A DNA stretch of 64,000 nt from Eledone cirrhosa (Eukaryota), in the NCBI GenBank assembly GCA_964016885.1, contig OZ024740.1, positions 248,868,001 through 248,932,000 on the forward strand. The letters run 5' to 3'. This document shows, piece by piece, positions 1 through 12,928 of the stretch (the stretch's first letter is position 1; each line of letters begins with the position of its first letter). Below the pieces are notes generated by a model. It saw only the letters and a list, made by a program, of their open reading frames with translations, was not told where the DNA came from and ran no database searches. Made by a program: the position numbers and the translations under genes.

Positions 1-870
1 CAGCCGTTCACCAATTGGATATACATTTAGAATATGGCCAAAGAGTGTATTTCACCAGTAATAACGTCTTTAATATCATTCTTCAAATCGAACGAAACTG
101 ACGAATATACAAGATGTTTCTTATATAAGGACATTCCATCTCATTATACCCTTACTTCCAATAAAATATAGAAAAGAAGATTGAATGATAGATTTGTGCA
201 AACATGTTCTAGAATTTACACTGTACCACCTAATCAAACAGAATATTGTCTCAGATTATTGCTGAACATAGTTAGAGGTCCAATATTTTTTAGAGACGTA
301 AAAACACACGAGGGTATTGTCTATAATACATTTAGAGAATCATGTTTGGCAAGGGGATTGTTAGAAGATGACAATCATCTAAAACTAGCACTTAGAGAAA
401 CTGTTTCTACCAAACTGCCATGCCAGGTGAGATACTTATTTGCAATAATTCTAATTCATCATTGCAATCCTTTTGGTCCTGTAGTATTATATGAAGAATT
501 TAAACAACCAATGTCAGTTGATATTCTAAATCAATTGACAATACGAAAAAATATATGACAATAAGAAAAAAATATATGAAAAATATTGGAGATCTTTTAT
601 ATGAAATAGGACAAACGCTTTGATTGAAATAGGACTACCTGAATCAACTTATCAAGAACTAGAAGTAAACAATATTGGAAGAGTAAATGAACACTTAGAA
701 ATAAGAAACTTTGTAGATGTGAATGAACCATTGTTAAATGAAGAACAAAGACTTATTTACAATACAATCAATGATTCAATAACCAATAGAAATGAACAAA
801 CATTATACTCTTTTTAAATGCGCCAGATGAAACTGGAAAAACATTTTTGATCAATCTTCTATTAGCAAAC
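1..870 (+). mobile_element. Degenerate Helitron Rep-helicase fragment (linker plus start of PIF1 helicase)
   Basis: ORFs 181-558 (RIYTVPP..YCLRLLLNIVRGP..TFRESCLARGLLEDD) and 620-817 (LNEEQRLIYN), then a frameshifted, decayed Walker A (NAPDETGKTFLINLLLA, ~817-866); several stops and frameshifts. Confidence 0.85.
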
Positions 871-984
871 AATAAAATGAATGGTTATGTGTTGGTGTTA
901 TGGTAGCACAGTGGTCCGGATAATCAAAGATGTGGGTTCGACTGCCATATACATATAAAGCATAGATTTCTATGTTTTATAAGT

Positions 985-1215
985 TCATTCTGTCATTACA
1001 ACAACAGAGTCGGGCCAGATCGATATAGATCGGACCTTGAGCTGATCAATAGCGAAACGCGCGTCACTGATCAATAAACGTAATGAAGGCGTAACAAATC
1101 GTCCTTGAATTATTATATTTACACTCTGTTTAGCTCTACACCTTGTTACAGACGTGAATCTAAACATTGAGTGCTCACCTGGGTGAACCTACAGTAACTT
1201 CACGTTACACTCCCT

Positions 1216-1218
<3 letters not shown>
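985..1218 (+). mobile_element. Non-autonomous PLE-like terminal repeat with HHR-like fold, ending in (TA)n
   Basis: 3' part (taatgaag...ttacactctg...gtgctcac..gtgaacctac.gtaact..gttaca) is homologous to 11227-11508; contains GAAA-CGCGCG-TC at ~1054-1065. The left boundary is approximate. Confidence 0.45.
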
Positions 1219-1276
<58 letters not shown>

Positions 1277-1279
<3 letters not shown>

Positions 1280-1465
1280 ATTGTTTCTACGTTAGGCACA
1301 AGGCCAGCAATTACCCAGTGCATTACTGGTACTTTGTTTTTATCGACCCCGTAAGGATGAAAGGCAAAGTCAACCTCGGCGGGATTTGAACTCAGATCGT
1401 AAAGGGACGTAACTATGCTGGAAAGCACGGCGTCCGACCCTCTACCGATACTGCTTATCCACCAA
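1277..1465 (-). mobile_element. tRNA-derived SINE
   Basis: Reverse complement of the SINE at 2184-2372 (B box GAGTTCAAATCCC, gcctttcatccttacggggtcgataaa core, gaaacaatt(att)n tail). Confidence 0.85.
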
Positions 1466-1639
1466 TGATACTATGTATAGTTATGTATATACTATAAACA
1501 ACTATAAACAGGAAAGGTCAATAATTTCTTACTACCTTATTACCAGTAAGGGAAATAGCTCAAAGTAGGAACATCAGGTGTTTTACAGAGCAGGAATATA
1601 AATTACACAATTATCAAAGTTATGTTCAAATCATTTAAT

Positions 1640-1686
1640 TGCTAACAATCGTTTCTTCCAAACTTTCGTTTGGAGTCAAAGGAGCA
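1640..1686 (-). ncRNA. Hammerhead-like fold with non-canonical core (CCUUUGA)
   Basis: Minus strand: UGCU-CCUUUGA-c-UCCAAAC(gaaa)GUUUGGA-a-GAAA-CGAUUG-UU-AGCA; stems I and II are perfect; same position in the element as the motif at 47767-47811. Confidence 0.5.
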
Positions 1687-2183
1687 TTAGCAATGTTTGT
1701 ACATATAATTAACCTCCTATTCAACTGAACAATCATATAGATACATATATATTGATATTGTGAACAACAGTTTCGTATTTACAGGGTGTAATGGATGCGA
1801 CATATATTATACGAGAATTGTACAAAAATTCAAATTAAAATTAAAAGCACAGAGTGGAATATATGCAACAGATAATACAAGAGAATAGACTAATAATTAA
1901 AGAGGCATTGAGAAAGGATGAGGAGACTAGCAGTACATATGCAAGCGTGTAGAAAGTGCACATGTGTTAGTCATATATATATGAGAAGGAAGCAAGCAAA
2001 GGTATTAGGCATATATAAATAAATAAATACTGTATGGCAAAGGTATCACATAAAATACCAAGCAAATGTATTAGTGTATTAAAAAATTATGGTGGACTAG
2101 CAGATTTACCCGGCGTTGCTCGGGGTTTGAAATTATGCTACGAATATACAGCTAGGAAGTAAAAGAACATTATTTGTCCCCAA

Positions 2184-2372
2184 GGGCGGTGATTGGCAGT
2201 ATCGGTAGAGGGTCGGACGCCGTGCTTTGACGCATAGAGTTACGTCCCTTACCATTCTGAGTTCAAATCCCGCCGAGGTTAACTTTTCTTTTCATCCTCA
2301 CGGGGTCGATGAAATAAAGTACCAGTAATGCACTGATTAATTGCTGGCCTTGTGCCAAAAGTAAAAACAATT
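2184..2372 (+). mobile_element. tRNA-derived SINE with 15-bp target-site duplication (TSD)
   Basis: A box TGGCAGTATCGG, B box GAGTTCAAATCCC; TSD attatttgtccccaa at 2169-2183 and 2370-2384. Confidence 0.9.
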
Positions 2373-2780
2373 ATTTGTCCCCAACCTGTCAAAATAAGCA
2401 GAAGTCTTCAATAATTAATGCAAACGAATATTTAGTGCAATCTTTGTACACATAAAACTATGTTGATAATGAAGGAAAACACTGAACAGGATGTAGTTAT
2501 ACAAATGATTAAAGACAATACACGTTGCAAATCTGTAAAATAAACAGGCAGTTTTGCTAAAGTACAAAAAGTTGTAATGAAAGCAGTTGTATACAAACAA
2601 AAAAAAAAAAACAATGAGAGTAGAATAAGAGAAAATCTATTCTTTGAGAGCATCCTTTGCTGTGTATGGTTACATTTTTAACTTATAATCCAAAATATCC
2701 TGCATGACATATTCATTGGTATGTTTTGTAATGAGTAAGGTGAAATCAAGGCAGAGCTGTAATAAGTTTTTTTCTTAACA

Positions 2781-3194
2781 CTAAAGCACTTCAGGATAGA
2801 TGATATTCTTTGTTTTTCTTTTCGGAACAAACGCAAAGAGATTATCTCGACTACCAACTCGTGAGCAGGCAACGTAGAATTGTCCGTGCGAAAAGCAAGG
2901 TTCATCCAAGTGAATTCCAGCGACGGATAGACCTTGCGACTTGTTTATGGACATCGCAAAGGCAACACGAAGAGGAAATTGGGTTCGGTGAAAGGAGAAG
3001 GGAGTATCCACGCCTGATGTAGTCAGGCTAATTTTTGTTATTATCACATCCTCGCCTTTTCCATATCCGGATAGAATGGTAGCGTCAATACTAAGTGGAG
3101 ACAGTTTTTTAACCACAAGGCGTGTACCATTGCATAGTTTTGGAGGAGTGATATTTCTCAGCAAAATAACCGACGTTCCCTCTTTCAGAACCAA
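2781..3194 (-). pseudogene. Helitron PIF1-family helicase C-terminal fragment
   Basis: Motifs VILLRNITPPKLCNGTRL, QFPLRVAFAMSINKSQG, PCFSHGQFYVACSRV, TKNIIYPEVL. Confidence 0.9.
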
Positions 3195-4441
3195 TGTATT
3201 AGGGGGTAAACCAGGAGGATTTAAAGAATTTAGAAATTCAACTGGATAGGTGACGGCATCCTGTGGATCACATACAGTATCAATAGATTTATATATCCGT
3301 GGACATCCAGGAAGAATCCTGTTCAGTATATTCCTTCATTGTCAAAAAAGTTTGATGTGTACGAATACAGCTGGAAGCATGCCTGCCTCAAATGTGGACG
3401 AAATTACTTTAAAAATGTAAAAACTGTAGGTCCCAATGGTTTGAATGGAAAGTCCCATAAGAATTGTTCTAAAAATAAACAAACCATCATCAAAATCCCG
3501 TCAATTCGAGACTGCTGCGAGATTAGGCCCTTACCGCGAAAATTAACACTTAATATAGTGAAACAAGTTAAAACAACAAGTGTTTTTTTAACTTTCAAAG
3601 TGCAACAAAGAATAAACAAGAAACAAACGATAATATTAGTGATTTATCTTCAAATGAATCTGATGTTTATATTTCTGAAATTTCGTCCGACGATGATTGT
3701 TGTTTTAAAATTTAAAACGAAGGTCTCCATATCTCACTCTCTTTATAAGGATTGTCAATAAAGTTGGTTATCTCCCTTTTTTTATAAGGATTGTCAATAA
3801 AGTTGGTTATCTCCCTTACATCAATTTTGCTACCGATAATTTTGATATCGATTTTTTATTGCTCAACGTGAGTCGATTGGAAAATGTTTGTGATGTGACC
3901 ATCTTAGCGACCTGTGCAACGTGCACAGAAAATTTGGTCAAATTCGGTTGGTAATTGTAAAAGCCTTAGGTATCCAAAGTTGTACACAGACACACACACA
4001 TCCTCGCTTTTATATATATAAAGATGTACACAGACACACACACATCCTCGCTTTTATATATATAAAGATGTAATGTGATGATAGTTACTGTAGTGTTCAA
4101 ATTTGTATGTGCTGAGATTATCAAAGTTATTGTTATCTTTTCCATTACATATGTTAAATTATTTTAGTTAATGTTTATATTGAACGTTTTTAGTGAGATA
4201 CAGCAATGGATTGTAAATTGGTCTTATTGTATTCTTATTCATGGATTAGAGTTGTTCCACAGGTAGTTTTTCTAACGGTTTGATTTCCGGAAGTGAGTAT
4301 GAGATCCAAGATCTCTAATGCGTAAGGGGAGGTAACTAGCTAATTAGATTAAATTAAAATATATAGGAAAGTATCAATTATTTAAATTCTTTGCTCTAAT
4401 ACACATTATATTGTGCTACAAGTGAATCTCTTTTACATAAT

Positions 4442-4628
4442 TGTTTCTAGTGTTGGCACAAGGCTAGCAATTATCCCAGTGTATTACTGGTACTTTATTT
4501 TATCGACCCCGTAAGGATGAAAGGCAAAGTTAACCTCGGCGGGATTTGAACTCAGTCCGTAAAGGGACGTAACTGTGCTGCAAAGCATGGCGTCCGCCCC
4601 TCTACCGATACTGCCAATCCCCCGCCCT
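4442..4628 (-). mobile_element. tRNA-derived SINE with 13-bp TSD
   Basis: Same family as 2184-2372; TSD tcttttacataat at 4429-4441 and 4629-4641. Confidence 0.9.
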
Positions 4629-5270
4629 TCTTTTACATAATGTTATATATTTATACTTAATTTTAAATACAGTTAAATACAGTCTATTTTCCTATAATAC
4701 ATTAAAGGTCTCATTAGATTGGTATCTATCCATTAGTGGACAAGATATAAGTTATGGAAAAATGTATAGCTGTTTACATGTCCAATTAGTTAAATCTCTT
4801 GAGTTAATAATATACATTATATTGTGTTAAAAGTTAATCCCTTATATACAATGCTATTAATTTATATATTTAATTATAAATGTATATATAATTTATTATT
4901 ACATACTACATTAAATGTATCTACATATTATATATCCATTACTGTATATAATATAAGTAAGCTATAGTAGTTATATTAAATGGTGATAACTTCATGTTTT
5001 TATTTCTAGCCCAATTTTGTTAGAACCTGTTTACACGACCAAAACCCACTTTGTATCGTCCTGTAATGTTCTCTGCCATCTCTAATGTTTTTTCTTCATG
5101 TTAGCCCTTGTGGCCAATAAAGAAACCATTCTTTCGCTGTGGGTGAAGTTTGTTATATCTGTTCTTCACGTTTTCTTATGTATAAATAATGTTGGAATAC
5201 ATCAGCCTTTGATGGGGTCATTGCTGTAGGAAATTCTGCAGGAAATCCAATGTTGAATTACAGCTTTTAC

Positions 5271-5438
5271 AATCCCGCCGAGGTTAACTTTCATCCTTAC
5301 GGGGTCGATAAAATAAAGTACCAGTAATGTACTGATAATTGATGGCCTTGTGCCAAAAGTAGAAACAATTATATAAAATAAAGTACCAGTAATACACTGG
5401 GTGATTGCTGGCCTTGTGCCAAAAGTAGAAACAATTAT
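5271..5438 (+). mobile_element. 5'-truncated SINE with tandemly duplicated 3' end
   Basis: aatcccgccgaggttaac...; the segment taaaataaagtaccagtaat...gccttgtgccaaaagtagaaacaattatataa occurs twice. Confidence 0.8.
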
Positions 5439-5994
5439 ATAATTTTATATACTTAAATTATTACAGTTTAAATTTATGTAGGTATTTTTGTAAAATTATA
5501 ATACAATTTAGCTCTGAAATAATCTGAAAAACAAAATAAAATCATTTAACAAATGTATACATTTTCTAAAAAAAATTCATTTAATACATATTGAAAAGCT
5601 GCAATTTTACCATGTTGGAGGGGTACCTACCTACCAATTGTCTTATATTTCAATGTTTTTGCTATCTTTAATCATCAGATGTTTTAAACAAGGTTTCTAC
5701 AGTGAAATATGATCAAATGTTTCATATCCATATACAATTTAGTATATATGTATTAGAGATTATAGGATTAATATAGAAAATTAGGGTATCAATTGTGGGA
5801 GGAGGTGTATGCGAGGGGTACGGGGCAATCACATAACCCTGATTTTCATATATTGTATTTAGAATAGTATTTGAAACTCTGTGCATACCGTGGAATTAAG
5901 GTTCCTTTAAAATGGTTGTTTCGACCCCCCCCCCCCCTAATATATACATATTAAATGCTAGCGTGGAAGATAGATGTTAAACGATGATGATATG

Positions 5995-6025
<31 letters not shown>

Positions 6026-6149
6026 GTAGGAGGTGAGTTTTATTGTAGTACAATAAAGCAATGCAGATATCGGATAAGAAGCACTCTACAGTTTGTAGGA
6101 CTGGAGTATACATAATATAAGATCAAAAGATGGTTAAAGGAGTTCTATG

Positions 6150-6220
6150 TATTTTATTATGCGCATTTCAAAAACAAACATCATCAAGCAATAATATTTG
6201 TGTTTTCATCAGATAAAACA
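6150..6220 (-). ncRNA. Minimal type I hammerhead ribozyme
   Basis: Reverse complement of 6347-6417. Confidence 0.8.
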
Positions 6221-6346
6221 GGAGAACATGATATGAAGGCTAAAAAACACTTGTGGATAGTGCAGTTTTAAATCAACATATCATGATATGTTGATTTAAA
6301 ACTGCACTATCCACAAGTGTTTTTTAGCCTTCATATCATGTTCTCC

Positions 6347-6417
6347 TGTTTTATCTGATGAAAACACAAATATTATTGCTTGATGATGTTTGTTTTTGAA
6401 ATGCGCATAATAAAATA
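6347..6417 (+). ncRNA. Minimal type I hammerhead ribozyme
   Basis: UGUUUUAU-CUGAUGA-[aaacacaaauauuau...augauguuuguuuuu]-GAAA-UGCGCA-UA^AUAAAAUA; palindromic stem III, AUA triplet, predicted cut after 6409. Confidence 0.8.
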
Positions 6418-6447
6418 CATGGAACTCCTTTAACCATCTTTTGATCT

Positions 6448-8728
<2,281 letters not shown>

Positions 8729-8804
8729 TACATACACACATATATATATGTATACATACACATATATATATATACATATACATATATATACATATACATA
8801 TAAT

Positions 8805-8869
8805 TATTTTATTATATATATTTCAAGGGCAACCAAGGCAATCTTGGTGCGTTTTCATCAGATAAAATA
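8805..8869 (-). ncRNA. Minimal type I hammerhead ribozyme
   Basis: Reverse complement of 10727-10791 with one stem II change. Confidence 0.8.
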
Positions 8870-10726
8870 CAAAATTTGTTTTATAAATAGTGACATAACC
8901 ATAGAAAACAACCTTGACGGTTGAAAATTCGCTGGATTGTGAACATTTATTAAGGGTAATTCAAAGTTATGTGTGAATATGCAAATGTCCGAAAAATTGA
9001 AAAAAACAGCCGTTTATTTAAATTACGCTGTGGGAAGAAGAGAGAGAAAAAAGAAAATATTAGTATATGTAGAAATAGAGTGAAGAAAGTGCGAAGATAT
9101 TTGGAAGTAAGATAAATAAAGATAAAAAATAAAGAGATTTAAAAAGTAAATTATATATATTTAAGAAGTAAAAGATATTAAAATTAGAATTACATTAAAT
9201 TTAAATTTAAAGATTTAGAATTTATGAACATATATGCATATAATGTAAGAAATTAAATTATAGGTGTTTGGATAAAGTAAACATTATGTAGTAATTATAT
9301 TTTATATATAGATCTAAAAGAACTTAAAATCCAAAAATAGAGACTATTCTTTAACTTGGAATGTAATTTCAAAAGCACCCGCCTACAAAAACACAGCTTT
9401 ATCCAAATTTTGCAAATTGTGTGTTGAGGAAATTTTCTTTATACTTAAATGTATGAACTCCATTAATTTACGTAACAATTTATTTAGTTCTTGTAAACAT
9501 CGCCAAAACTCAACTTTTAGATCTATATATAAAATATAATTACACGGTCAATCTTTTCTACATAATGTTTACTTTATCCAAACACCTATAATTTAATTTC
9601 TTAAATTATATGCATATATGTTCATAAATTCTAAATTTTTAAATTTAAATTTAATGTAATTCTAATTTTAATATCTTTTACTTCTTAAATATATATAATT
9701 TACTTCTTAAATTTTTACTTTTTAATATTTTTACTTCTTAAATATCTTTAATTTTTATCTTTATTTATCTTACTTCCAAAATATCTCAATCTTTTTAGAA
9801 AAATTACTTAAATTTTTTTTTTAAATTACTTATTTCCAAAAAAACTATTTTTTAAGGATTATTTGTGTTATCTTAATATTTTTAATATATTTTTTAGTAT
9901 TTTTCTAATATTTTTAAATATTTTTAAATATTTTTAAGTATTTTTAAATATTTCTTAATATTATTTCTTAATATTTCTTTATATTTTCTTAATAATTTTA
10001 GGTTTTTAATTATATTTCCTGAATAATTTTAGGTTTTAATTAATTTTAAACACTTTTTAAATGTTTTTAAAAGGTTTTTGAGTATCTTCGGAGTTTTTTT
10101 GAGATCTTTTAAAAATCTCTTTGAAAGTTTTTCCAGGAATTTTCAAGAATTTTGTCTAGAATTTTTAATATTTTATAATCTTAATTTTTCAATGGTTTTA
10201 ATATTTTCTTATACTTTTAATAATTTTTAATTTTTTAATTATTTAATATTAGAGTTATAACCAATAACTAACTCTGGTTAAATATATCTTTAAACATATT
10301 TTTGTCAAAATTATCTCATAATAACTTTTTTTTTTATATATATATAATTTTCTATATACTTATAATAGTAAATAAATATTTATCATAATAGAATTCTAAC
10401 AATTATTAGTAAATATACGTAACATAAATATGTAACATAAACATAAGACTTATTTACGTTATATGAGCTCATCCTCGGATAAGCTTCTTTCTTCACTCTA
10501 TTTCTTCACTCTATTTCTACATATACTAATATTTTCTTTTTCTCTCTTTCTCTCTCTTCTTCCCACAGCGTAATTTAAATAAACGGTTGTTTTTTTCAAT
10601 TTTTCGGACATTTGCATATTCACACATAACTTTGAATTACCCTTAATAAACGTTCACTATCCAGCGAATTTTCAACCGTCAAGGTTGTTTTCTATGGTTA
10701 TGTCACTATTTATAAAACAAATTTTG

Positions 10727-10791
10727 TATTTTATCTGATGAAAGCGCACCAAGATTGCCTTGGTTGCCCTTGAAATATATATAATAAAATA
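10727..10791 (+). ncRNA. Minimal type I hammerhead ribozyme
   Basis: UAUUUUAU-CUGAUGA-[aagcgcaccaag auugc cuugguugcccuu]-GAAA-UAUAUA-UA^AUAAAAUA; perfect 8-bp stem I, palindromic stem III. Confidence 0.82.
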
Positions 10792-11020
10792 ATTATAGTT
10801 TTATAAATATAGTTTCCATTTATTAATATATTGAATATTAACTCCAATAACTTGTTGAGTGCTCTATATCAGTTATAAACTTTTAAGTTTGTTGGAATCC
10901 CAACAAATTGAATATAACTTCTGCATATATATATATATATATAACAAAGAAAGTGTGGTAAGATACAGGTGGACCATAATGCACCAGAGTACTAGATACT
11001 TAGGGTAGTAGAGTAGGTAA

Positions 11021-11140
11021 TAGGAAAAGAGTCAGGAACCCGACGGCTGAGCTCTGGCCATTTTGGCAGCTAGATCCGAACTCGGATCATTCTGTCGAAA
11101 TGGCCGGAACTCAGCCGTCGGGATCCTGACTCTTTTCCTA
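11021..11140. repeat. 120-bp GC-rich imperfect palindrome (MITE-like hairpin)
   Basis: TAGGAAAAGAGTCAGGA.CCCGACGGCTGAG...GATCCGA ac TCGGATC...CTCAGCCGTCGGG.TCCTGACTCTTTTCCTA; TA at both ends. Confidence 0.85.
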
Positions 11141-11172
11141 TATATATATATATGTGTGTGTGTGTGTTTATA

Positions 11173-11508
11173 AATAATATAATAAAAAGGACGAAGTGTT
11201 GAATCTTCATTACAAAAATCAATAAATGTAATGAAGATCTAACACCTCGTCTTTTTTATTATATTATTACACTCCACCGAGTTGCCTTTCATCCTTACGG
11301 GGGTTGATAAAATAAAGTACCAGTCACGCACTGGGGTCGATTTAATCGATTTTCCCCTCCCCCCAAATTGCTGGCCGTGTGCCTATATAAGAAACCATTA
11401 TTACACTCTGCTTAGTACAACAGCTTTATACCAACTGGAAACTATGCATCAAGTGCTCACTTTGGTGAACCTACTGTAACTGGATGTTACAATCCTTATA
11501 CATACATA
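11173..11508 (+). mobile_element. Short fold-back terminal-repeat element (family of 985-1218) interrupted by a SINE
   Basis: Inverted arms 11173-11214 and 11227-11268; SINE 3' half at ~11274-11400 with tattacactc on both sides; the tail resumes and matches 1118-1215. Confidence 0.6.
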
Positions 11509-11568
11509 CATACATACATACATACATACATACATACATACATACATACATACATACATACATACATA

Positions 11569-12867
11569 GAGCTGTCAGCATACAACAAATACATTGCCCA
11601 CAATACTTATGCTGTGCCAATTCTAACGCCAACATTTGGCCTACTGAACTGGTCATTGCAAGAACTAAGTGAGATGGATGTTAGAACTCGAAAACTTCTC
11701 AGTGTTACTGGGAACTTTAACATCAATGGTGATGTGGATAGGCTATACTTCTCACGCAAGGAAGGTGGCCGGGGTCTAAAATCAATATTAACAACATATG
11801 AGACCCGGATAGTAACACTGAAGCAACACCTTCAACAGAGGAAAAAGGTTGGCAACCATCTTGCCCAGGTTTATGAGCATGAAAAAAGAAATATCATTAG
11901 AATAGCGACTGATCTGGAGGAGAGATATGGAATAAAGCCTGATATAAATCTCTCACCCAGAGAAATCGGAAGATCCTATTCAATGTTCAAACAAGATAAA
12001 AAAATTGACCAATTTACAGAAAAAGTTGTGCATGGATACTTGAGGCGTAAAACACAGACCATAGAGGGGATAAACCACTAAAAAAACCTGGCATGGAGTT
12101 CCGACAAGTTTATGACATCACACCTTGAGGGATATCTCTATGCAATACAGGAACAAGAACTCCCTACCAAATATCTGCTGCACAAAAGAGGAGGGCCAGC
12201 AGCTGACAATAAATGTAGGCTATGTAAAACAAAGATCGAGGATGTAAGCCACATTGTTGCCAGCTGCGAAAGAATGTCATCTCGCTACTACCTCCCCATG
12301 AGACACGATGGGATAGCTAGAACCATCTGGAACGCACTTCGGAAAACAAAATTAACAACAAACGAGGAAGAATATATTGAGACAGATGGCACTAAGGAAT
12401 ACTGGTGGAACCTGAAAATAAAAACTGCCACCAAATTAAAGCACAACCGGCCTGATATTGTAGTTTGGGACCACACATTGAAAACGTGTTCTGTTGTGGA
12501 GATCAGCTGCCCACTTGATGTAAACGTTGTCAGAAAAATACAGGAGAAGGAGGACATCTACGGACCATTGATGAGGAGTTTACAAATCCAGTATCCAAGA
12601 TACACCTTTAGCTTCATACCCATCATTATTGGTGCTACGGGTTATATACCAACCCGCTTGGACCAAAGTATGACTGAACTTGGATTTGCGGACAAAAAGC
12701 GCAGCTCCCTAATTCATAGTCTACAAATGGCTGCGATAGCTGGCACCTTCAAAATTTGCAAAACATTCTTGCGATTCAAGGGATGACAATTTCTTTTCTT
12801 TTACAACCTTGCCACCAGGAAGGTGGCCGGTCAAAAAAATATACTCAAAATTAAGAGAAAGAGAAAA
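11569..12867 (+). mobile_element. 5'-truncated RLE-type non-LTR retrotransposon (R4/Dong-like) inserted in (CATA)n
   Basis: ORFs 11614-12081 and 12112-12786 (one in-frame stop): DVDRLYFSRKEGGRGL, AIQEQEL, CCHC knuckle CRLC-x7-H-x4-C, RHD, RPDIVVWD...VEISCP (PD-(D/E)xK); (CATA)n on both flanks. Confidence 0.88.
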
Positions 12868-12928
12868 CATACATACATACATATATATATAATATATAAG
12901 AACAAAAGATGGTTAAAAGAGTTCCATG

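Larger units (their letters stand above)
2097..4068 (-). mobile_element. Internally deleted Helitron with PIF1 helicase C-terminus
   Basis: Minus-strand 3' end: hairpin CCCGAGCAACGCCGGG (2109-2124) then CTAG|T (2097-2100). 5' end A|TCTTTATATATATAAAAGCG. ORF 2781-3194 has PIF1 motifs (LCNGTRL, RTQFPLRVAFAMSINKSQG, FSHGQFYVACSRV). Confidence 0.9.
1470..4980 (-). mobile_element. Diverged non-coding 3' portion (UTR plus pseudo-LTR) of a PLE related to the 47340-52077 element, interrupted by a Helitron and SINEs
   Basis: Reverse complement of 1470-1720 aligns to 47730-47990 (e.g. cttactggtaataaggtagtaa; ggaggt.aattat.tgtacaaacattg). Reverse complement of 4316-4339 equals 51302-51325 (ctagttacctccccttacgcatta). 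The right boundary is approximate. Confidence 0.7.
6026..6455 (-). mobile_element. Non-autonomous PLE-derived fold-back element; zero-spacer palindrome 6112-6455
   Basis: 172-bp arms centred on TCA|TGA (6283/6284) with one mismatch; 86-bp unpaired terminal extension (6026-6111) next to (TA)n; same family as 12889-13924. Confidence 0.85.
8801..10925 (+). mobile_element. 5'-truncated PLE (GIY-YIG C-terminus plus 3' region) with inverted 5' arm
   Basis: 8801-9320 is the reverse complement of 9515-10796 with a ~700-bp segment missing. 9320-9539 encodes LKIQNRDYSLTWNVISKAPAYKNTALSKFCKLCVEEIFFIL...FSSCKHR, homologous to ORF 50202-50513. Ends in (AT)n. Confidence 0.85.

Noticed and set aside
895-950. 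tRNA gene (tggtagcacagtgg ... ggttcgactgcc)
   Set aside because: A/B-box-like motifs only, with no cloverleaf; at most a decayed SINE head.
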